Source: Euglena gracilis
Lineage: Eukaryota
Direction: 5' to 3'
NCBI GenBank assembly: GCA_039621445.1
Contig: CP154954.1
Location: 1,364,001-1,428,000 of the forward strand
DNA length: 64,000 bases
Both the position numbers and the translations under genes were made by a program. Shown here in pieces: positions 53,622 to 64,000 of this stretch. Under the pieces are notes generated by a model that was given only the letters and a program-made list of their open reading frames with translations, was not told the origin of the DNA and ran no database searches. Numbering within the stretch: the first letter of the stretch is position 1; each line of letters begins with the position of its first letter.

Positions 53622-53796
53622 CATCAATTTTTGCATATTTCAAATAAATAAATTTTATAAATTTCTTTATTTTTAATATAATACTTTCTTAGTATTTTAT
53701 TAATTTACTGTTTGTTCATATTTAAAATTAAAATCATTGTGTAAAATATTTCATTTTGCAGATATATTTATAGATTCAAAGAGTTCTTAATAAAAA

Positions 53797-53882
53797 AGGA
53801 GAAGAAGGGATTTGAACCCTCGGTGTTTATTAGACACACTCGATTAGCAATCGAGCTCTTTCGACCACTCAGACACTTCTCC
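53797..53882 (-). tRNA. trnS: tRNA-Ser(GCU)
   Basis: CTCGA-TT-GCT-AA-TCGAG, long variable arm. Confidence 0.95.
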
Positions 53883-53896
53883 AATATTTTATTTTC

Positions 53897-53968
53897 CTGA
53901 GGCGGGAGGATTCGAACCTCCGAATGACAGGGCCAAAACCCGTTGCCTTACCACTTGGCTACGCCTCA
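53897..53968 (-). tRNA. trnQ: tRNA-Gln(UUG)
   Basis: TGAGGCGTAGCCAAGTGGTAAGGC, anticodon TTG. Confidence 0.95.
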
Positions 53969-53996
53969 AACTTTGTATTTATGTATAAAGAATTTT

Positions 53997-54029
53997 AGTT
54001 GAAAACTATCGAATTTTTAGTTTTCAACT
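53997..54029 (-). terminator. 3' stem-loop just after the ycf4 stop
   Basis: Perfect 12 bp inverted repeat AGTTGAAAACTA / TAGTTTTCAACT; function inferred from position. Confidence 0.5.
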
Positions 54030-54031
54030 TT

Positions 54032-54950
54032 TTAATACCCTTTTATTGGCACATTTAAAAATGATGCTATTTCACTTGCTTGTTTTTCTAAATCACTTAT
54101 TTTTATTGGATTTGATAATTGTATTATTGGAAGATCATTTTTATCTTTAATACGCAAAAAAACATTTTGTTTTACATTAAAGTACTCATTTTTTATTTCA
54201 ATTCTAATTCCTTCATTAAAATAATTTTTTAAACTTTTTTTTGAACTGTATGTGCTTTTTGCAGACAGCTCGTTTTTTTGACTCTTTTTAAATTTTCTTT
54301 TCGAATTTTTAAGTTTAATGATTATGCAATAATATTTTTATTTTTTATTAAATTTTATATTTTAATGATTTATTTTTTATTCTATTTTTGACATATTAAA
54401 ATGTTTGTAATACTTTTGATTCTTGGTTTATATTTATAATTATATTTTTTTAGTTAATTACTTATATATTTTATTGAGACGTATATTAATTGCAGTTATC
54501 TCATTCTTTTACTATGTCTTTAAGTGAATACGTTATATTTATATCAGAATTTTTTCCTTGTTTACCCTTTCGGTAAATTGTCATTAAATTTAACTCTTTG
54601 TTGAATTCGTTATAACCTTCGCCAACTCCGTTTAAAATTATACTTATTTGATTTATACTAAATAAAATTCCGCAAGTACCATAAAAACACATTGTTATTC
54701 CTTGAGGAAAAAATATTATTTCGCTTGCGTCTAAAAAATATATTAGATTATTTCCTATATAACTTGATATTCCTACTATTAAAAATCCGATTCCTCCTAA
54801 TAACATTACAATATTATAAAACCATTTTATTATTTTATTATTTTCTTTTATTTCTTGACGCAATATTTTTGGGAGGTTTATTTGTTTTTGTTTTGCTTTT
54901 ATATTTTCATTTTTTGAAAGTGTCATATTATTTATATCTCTTAGATTCAT
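54032..54950 (-). CDS. ycf4: Photosystem I assembly protein Ycf4, 2 exons (54950-54513, 54214-54032)
   Basis: GFLIVGISSY, FFPQGITMCFYG, VGEGYNEFNK; exon 2 EGIRIEIK..LEKQASEIASFLNVPIKGY*. Confidence 0.95.
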
Positions 54951-54957
54951 AAATTAA

Positions 54958-56401
54958 TTATTGTATTATTGATAAAACAACGCCGGCACCCACAGTTCTA
55001 CCACCTTCTCTAATTGCAAATCTCATACCTTTTTTCCAATATGTTTTATTTGATATAATTTAAACGAAAGTTTTTATTTTATTTTATTTTATTTTATTTT
55101 ATTTTATTTTATTTTATTTTATTTTATTTTATTAAACGACACTTCTATTGCAATGGGTTGTATTAATTCTACTTTCATTTTTATTCTATCCCCAGGCATT
55201 ACCATTTGCGCAGGATTATCATTGTCTGATCTAAATGATTCGATTTTTCCAGTTACATCTGTTGTACGTACATAAAACTGTGGTCTATATCCTTCAAAAA
55301 AAGGTGTATGTCTTCCCCCCTCTTCTTTAGTAAGAATGTATACTTGGGAATCAAATTTTGTATGTGGATTTATTGTTCTTGGTTTTGCTAATACCATTCC
55401 TCGTTCAACATCATTTTTTTGTATACCTCTTAATAAAACTCCAACGTTGTCTCCTGCAAGAGCTTCATCTAAACTTTTTTGAAACATTTCTAGTCCTGTT
55501 ATTGTTGTGGAACGTGTGTCTTTTAATCCTACAAGTTCTACTGTCTCACCTACTTTTATTGTTCCACGTTCCACACGTCCTGTTGCTACAGTTCCTCTTC
55601 CTGTAATTGATAAAACGTCTTCAATAGCCATAAGGAAATCTTTTTCTGTATCTCTTGTAGGTGTAGGTATATAAGAATCTACTTGATCCATTAAGTTTAA
55701 TATTTTATCCACCCACTTGTTTTTCTCCTTTAGTAATTTTAGGATTTTTTGTTAATGCTTCAACAGATAATAGGGCTGATCCAGGTATAACAGGAATATC
55801 GTCTCCTGGAAACTCGTAATTACTTAGAGTTTCTCGAATTTCTAATTCAACTAATTCTAATAGTTCACTATCGTTTTTGATGGAATATTTTCTTCATTTA
55901 ATTTTAAAATTAATTTTATTTTTTATATGTTTTTTAAGTTTCTCTTTTAGTGAAGGTTTTTAATTTTTAAGCTTATTCTACTTGGTCTTCTTTATTTAAA
56001 AAAACAACGATGTTAGGTACTCCTACTTGTTTTGCTAAAAGAATATGTTCTTTAGTTTGTGGCATTGGTCCATCCGCCGCCGAAACGACTAGTATCGCTC
56101 CATCCATTTGAGCAGCTCCTGTTATCATATTTTTTACATAATCCGCATGCCCTGGGCAATCTACATGTGCATAATGTCGATTTTTTGTTTCATATTCTAC
56201 ATGTGCTGTATTTATAGTTATTCCTCGGGCTTTTTCTTCTGGAGCTGAATCAATATCTTCATATCTTTTGGCTTTTGAATTTCCTGTTGCAGCTAGAGCC
56301 ATAGTTATTGCCGCTGTTAAAGTAGTTTTTCCATGGTCAACATGTCCAATTGTGCCTATGTTAATATGTGGCTTAGTTCTTTCAAATTTCTGACGAGCCA
56401 T
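54958..56401 (-). CDS. tufA: Elongation factor Tu with two group III introns (55874-55976, 55033-55142)
   Basis: [33 protein letters not shown]. Removing the 103 and 110 nt introns restores the frame. Confidence 0.98.
55076..55130. repeat. (ATTTT)11 microsatellite inside tufA intron 2
   Basis: 11 perfect pentamer copies. Confidence 0.95.
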
Positions 56402-56571
56402 TTTTATTTTTTGTTTTCTTTTATGAAACTTTTTTTTTGAAAAAATTTTATTATCTTAAAATTAATAAAATTTTTATTTTATTTAAAATATTTAATTAAC
56501 TCATTTTATTAGAAAGATTTTGGTCAAATTTTATTTTTTATTTTTTTTAACGCTTAAAAAATTTATATATA

Positions 56572-57042
56572 TTAAAATTTCATATTTGAGAATGCTTTAT
56601 TTGCTTCAGCTGTTTTATGTATCTCCTCTTTTTTTTTTACAGCTTCACCTGTGTTATTCGATGCATCAATTATTTCATTTTTTAGTTTTGTGGATATTCC
56701 TCTTCCTTTTCTTTCTCTAGCTTTTTCTATTATGAATTTTAATGCTAAGCTAGTTCCACGATCTTCTTTTACTTCTACAGGAACTTGATATATTGTTCTT
56801 CCGATACGACGCTTTCTTGTTTCCATTTGTGGAGATGCGTTTTTTATCGCTTTTCTTAGAATGTCTAAGGGGTCTTTTTTATAAATTTCCTGTATATTTT
56901 TCATTGTTTCATAAAAAATATACTGAGCTAGAGTTTTTTTTCCATTCAATAATATTTTATTAATTACTTTACTTGCTAAAGTACTGTTATAGATAGGATC
57001 TTGTGATATTATTCTTTTTTTTGCTCTTCTTCTTCGAGACAT
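56572..57042 (-). CDS. rps7: Ribosomal protein S7
   Basis: MSRRRRAKKR..YQVPVEV..HKTAEANKAF. Confidence 0.97.
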   Translation of the reverse strand: MSRRRRAKKRIISQDPIYNSTLASKVINKILLNGKKTLAQYIFYETMKNIQEIYKKDPLDILRKAIKNASPQMETRKRRIGRTIYQVPVEVKEDRGTSLALKFIIEKARERKGRGISTKLKNEIIDASNNTGEAVKKKEEIHKTAEANKAFSNMKF

Positions 57043-57119
57043 ATATATAAGTTAAATTTCTATTTTTCTAAATTTCTTTTTCAACTTTAGTGTTTTATTT
57101 TAGTTAATTTGGGTTGGTT

Positions 57120-57497
57120 TTATTTGGGTTTTGGTTTTTTTACACCGTATTTAGATCTTGCATTTTTGCGATTTTTTACACTTGCTGCGTCTAAACATCC
57201 ACGTATTACGTGGTACTTTACTCCTGGTAAATCTTTAACTCTTCCACCTCTGATAAGGACTACTGAATGTTCTTGTAAATTATGCCCTATTCCTGGTATA
57301 TAAGCTGTAACTTCTAACCCTGAAGAAAGTCTTACCCTTGTTACTTTGCGCAAGGCGGAATTTGGTTTTTTTGGTGTTGTTGTGTAAACCCGCATGCATA
57401 TTGCGCGTTTTTGCGGGCATCCTTTTAATGCTGGTGATTTAGTTTTTCGTTTTATTTTTTTTCTCGGTGAGCGTGTTAATTGTTCTATTGTAGGCAT
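57120..57497 (-). CDS. rps12: Ribosomal protein S12
   Basis: [21 protein letters not shown]. Confidence 0.98.
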   Translation of the reverse strand: MPTIEQLTRSPRKKIKRKTKSPALKGCPQKRAICMRVYTTTPKKPNSALRKVTRVRLSSGLEVTAYIPGIGHNLQEHSVVLIRGGRVKDLPGVKYHVIRGCLDAASVKNRKNARSKYGVKKPKPK

Positions 57498-58273
57498 TTT
57501 AGTTTTTTATTCTATTTTAGGGTAATATTTATTTTGCTTTAAAATATTTTTATCTATTTTTTCTTGCGTTTTTTTTTTTAATCATCTTTTTGTTATGTGC
57601 GTAGGTTTTCTTTCGAAATAACAATTTATAAATTTACTTTTTTATATTTATATTTATATTCTAAAAAGAATTCTTTTTTTCATCATAAATTTTTACTATT
57701 ACATAGGTTATGTTTGATTTAGTTATTAGTTTTAATTTCTTTATTTTTTCAAATTTCCCAATGCATTAAAATGTTTTACTAATACGTATTTATTATTTTT
57801 ATTTTTATAGTTTTGTATGATACATTATTATACATATTTTATCTATGCACGTATATTTTTTCCTACTCGTTTTTTGTATGATAAATAGAATATTAAAATA
57901 TATTCTTTATTTTTACGTTTTAATCGTAAGTAATTTTCTTCGCTATTTAAAATTTTTGATATATTATTTCTTTTTTTTTCCCAATATTAATTCTAAAAAA
58001 TCAGGATATGAAAAAGCCTAATATGAATTTCTTTTTTATAATTTTTAATAATTTACTTTTTTTTGTCTTCTTTTATTGCAGTAATTTTGAAATTTCTTAG
58101 GTTAGCTATTTCTTGGTCATAATCTTATTTCAATATTTTTAATGCAGATTTTCCTTTTACTTGTTTTAAAAACCAACAAAATAATTTTTTATCATATTAT
58201 TTCCGGAAGTAGTTTTTTTTATTACCATATTACCCATTCGTTCGATAGTAAGAATTTTTCCTTTTTTTGGATT

Positions 58274-58648
58274 TCATAAGTTAATTCCTGTTGATTTCAT
58301 AATAGGTTTTGATAAATGACTGAATGATTTAGAATCTCTAACGTTTATTTCAGAAAGTAGTTTTTTGTTTACATAGGTTTTCGTTTTTCTAAGAAAAGAT
58401 ACGAAAATATTATATTTTTCATTTATGGTTAGATAGTATTTTAGTCCACCATTTATTCTTGTTATCCACAATGTTTTATTTATATTTTTTTTTTTTTTTC
58501 AATCATAAAAAGCATAGTGTCTAGCTTTCATTAACTGTTGATTTCCTGTTCGAAAAAGTTTCGAATGTCCTCCAACCCATCCTTTCATTTTTGATATTTT
58601 TCTTTTTCGCTTTTTTTTACTTATACCATTATTTTTGATTCGTGTCAT
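58274..58648 (-). CDS. rpl20: Ribosomal protein L20 with an in-frame TGA at codon 50
   Basis: MTRIKNNG..SKLFRTGNQQLMKARHYAFYD*KKKKNINKTLWITRING..VNKKLLSEI. Confidence 0.9.
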
Positions 58649-58917
58649 ATGTATTTTGTTGATTAAAGTATTCCTAGAAATTAAATTTTAAACATAATTC
58701 CTTTTGAATTTTTTACCTCTTTTATTGTATGTTTTACTTTAGATTATTTTATTTTTGTACTTTTTTTTGCACTAACAAAATTTTTTTCAGAATAATAATA
58801 ATGATGGTTAGCTTTCTACAAACTTGCGTAATGTTTTTTTTAATAAAAATTCACATTTTTATTATAATGAAGTCTGTTTTTTTGTCACTATTTATATATT
58901 ATGTTATTATTATTCTT

Positions 58918-59079
58918 ATGTTGATATTAAAAGTATTTGTATACGCTTTGATTTTAATTTTTGTTTCATTATTTGTTTTTGGACTTTTGTCTAACGATCC
59001 TGGTCGTAACCCATATGATGATACAGGCGAGTTAATGAGGGAAGTCTTTTATAAAGATCCTTATAAAGGACCTTTATAA
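58918..59079 (+). CDS. psbI: Photosystem II PsbI, 53 aa
   Basis: [32 protein letters not shown]. The ORF-track start at 58729 is too far upstream. Confidence 0.93.
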   Translation: MLILKVFVYALILIFVSLFVFGLLSNDPGRNPYDDTGELMREVFYKDPYKGPL

Positions 59080-59153
59080 TTTAATATTTAATTTTTATTA
59101 TTATAAATAATAATCTTGTTGTATGATTATTTGATAATCATATAATATTTTTA

Positions 59154-59226
59154 GGGATTGTAGTTTAATGGTTAGAGCACCGCCCTGTCACGGCGGAAGT
59201 TGCGGGTTCGAGTCCCGTCAGTCCCG
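59154..59226 (+). tRNA. trnD: tRNA-Asp(GUC)
   Basis: CCGCC-CT-GTC-AC-GGCGG. Confidence 0.96.
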
Positions 59227-59295
59227 TTCCCTTTTTTATAAGTTTTTTAAATATTTAGTTTTTTGGATGATAAAATAAAATTTTTATAGTTATCC

Positions 59296-59781
59296 ATGGT
59301 TGAAACTCTTGTGTGGTTCTATTTATCGCAAAGTTTTATTTGCTTATTGTTTTATTTAAAGAGTATTTATATTTTTTAAGTATTATTATTAAAAATAATG
59401 TTTAGCTTTAACTATAATTAAAACTTTGAAAATTATTATGTTCATTTTTTGTATTGTGCGTTAATGTTTTTGCGAAAACGTTCACAGATTTTTATTATTT
59501 ATTCTTTAAAATACATTTTTATATTAATAATTTTAATATTTAATGAAAAATTTTTTATGACTTAAAAAGTTTATATTTGAAATAGTTTTTAAGCTGGGTG
59601 TTTGTTTATTTTGGCCTCCCTAGTTTTTAGAGAGATAAAAATTATTTTTTCATTTGACTTGGATATAATGTATCTACTTTAATTGTCAGGTATTATTTTA
59701 GGATTAATTCCAATAACTATTTGTGGTTTGTTTTTTACGGCGTATTTACAATATATGCGAAGTGGTAATTCTTTTTATTAA
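59296..59781 (+). CDS. petG: Cytochrome b6f subunit PetG with one ~372 nt intron (~59311-59682)
   Basis: [33 protein letters not shown]; intron starts GTGTGG. Confidence 0.92.
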
Positions 59782-59828
59782 ATAAAACTTAAGTTCTAAT
59801 TACATTTATAATTTATTTAACTTTAAGT

Positions 59829-59901
59829 GAGTTGGTAGCTCAGTTGGTAGAGCACTCGGCTTTTAACCGATCGGTCCTGGGTTCGAATCCCAGCCAACTC
59901 A
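59829..59901 (+). tRNA. trnK: tRNA-Lys(UUU), intronless
   Basis: CTCGG-CT-TTT-AA-CCGAT arm, complete cloverleaf. Confidence 0.95.
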
Positions 59902-59918
59902 TTTTTAATTTTGTGTAG

Positions 59919-63034
<3,116 letters not shown>

Positions 63035-63321
63035 TAGATATTGTTATAATGTGAATAAAATTTTATTTTTACTAAAAAATACATAGAATTTTAATAAATT
63101 AATTCTTTTTAATTTAATAAAGTATTAAATTTTTTTGCTAAAATTTGTTTTTAACTTTCCTACTATTAAACATTTAAGTATTTGGTTTATACTTACAAAA
63201 AATTTTTTATATAATTTTATTAGTCACGTAAACATTAACTGTCAAATAAAAAGTTTGGAACTTTTTAAAGTTATTTTATTAATAAAAATTTTTATACTAG
63301 TGAAAATAATTTAAATAAAGC

Positions 63322-64000
<679 letters not shown>

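Noticed and set aside
55076-55130. Tandem repeat considered as a CRISPR array or the origin VNTR
   Set aside because: Simple pentamer with no spacers, inside an intron.
53393-57303. Short ORFs at 53393, 54692, 55358, 56520 and 57109 (also 46741 and 48606)
   Set aside because: Antisense or alternate-frame shadows of tRNAs and known genes.
58729-58917. Apparent N-terminal extension of PsbI
   Set aside because: PsbI homology starts at Met 58918; the upstream T-rich frame is open by chance.

Overview
This window is euglenid chloroplast DNA. Gene order, intron positions and intron sizes match what I recall of the Euglena gracilis plastome; no database comparison was run. The left arm is all on the minus strand: the intron-rich rpoB-rpoC1-rpoC2 operon, then two tandem ~5.92 kb rRNA operons (16S-trnI-trnA-23S-5S) whose leaders carry pseudo-tRNAs. 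The right arm holds the 3' half of psbD, psbC, trnL, psbA, trnR, psaM, ycf12, psbK, a five-tRNA cluster, ycf4, tufA, rps7, rps12, rpl20, psbI, trnD, petG, trnK and most of psaA, split by many group II and group III introns and twintrons. Three psbD/psbC introns encode degenerate reverse-transcriptase-like maturases. The most interesting signal is in the 3.65 kb psbD intron. Its 281-codon ORF reads by eye as a decayed two-motif LAGLIDADG protein and sits 2 nt upstream of a decayed RT-X-HNH ORF. The contig also looks like an imperfect long-read consensus: frameshifts and stops in essential genes, three low-complexity blocks (about 11.5-12.8, 25.0-25.8 and 33.95-38.4 kb), a junction that removes the psbD 5' half, and an inverted rpoB copy fused into a psaA intron at the right end. 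Exon boundaries were read by eye and may be off by a few nt.
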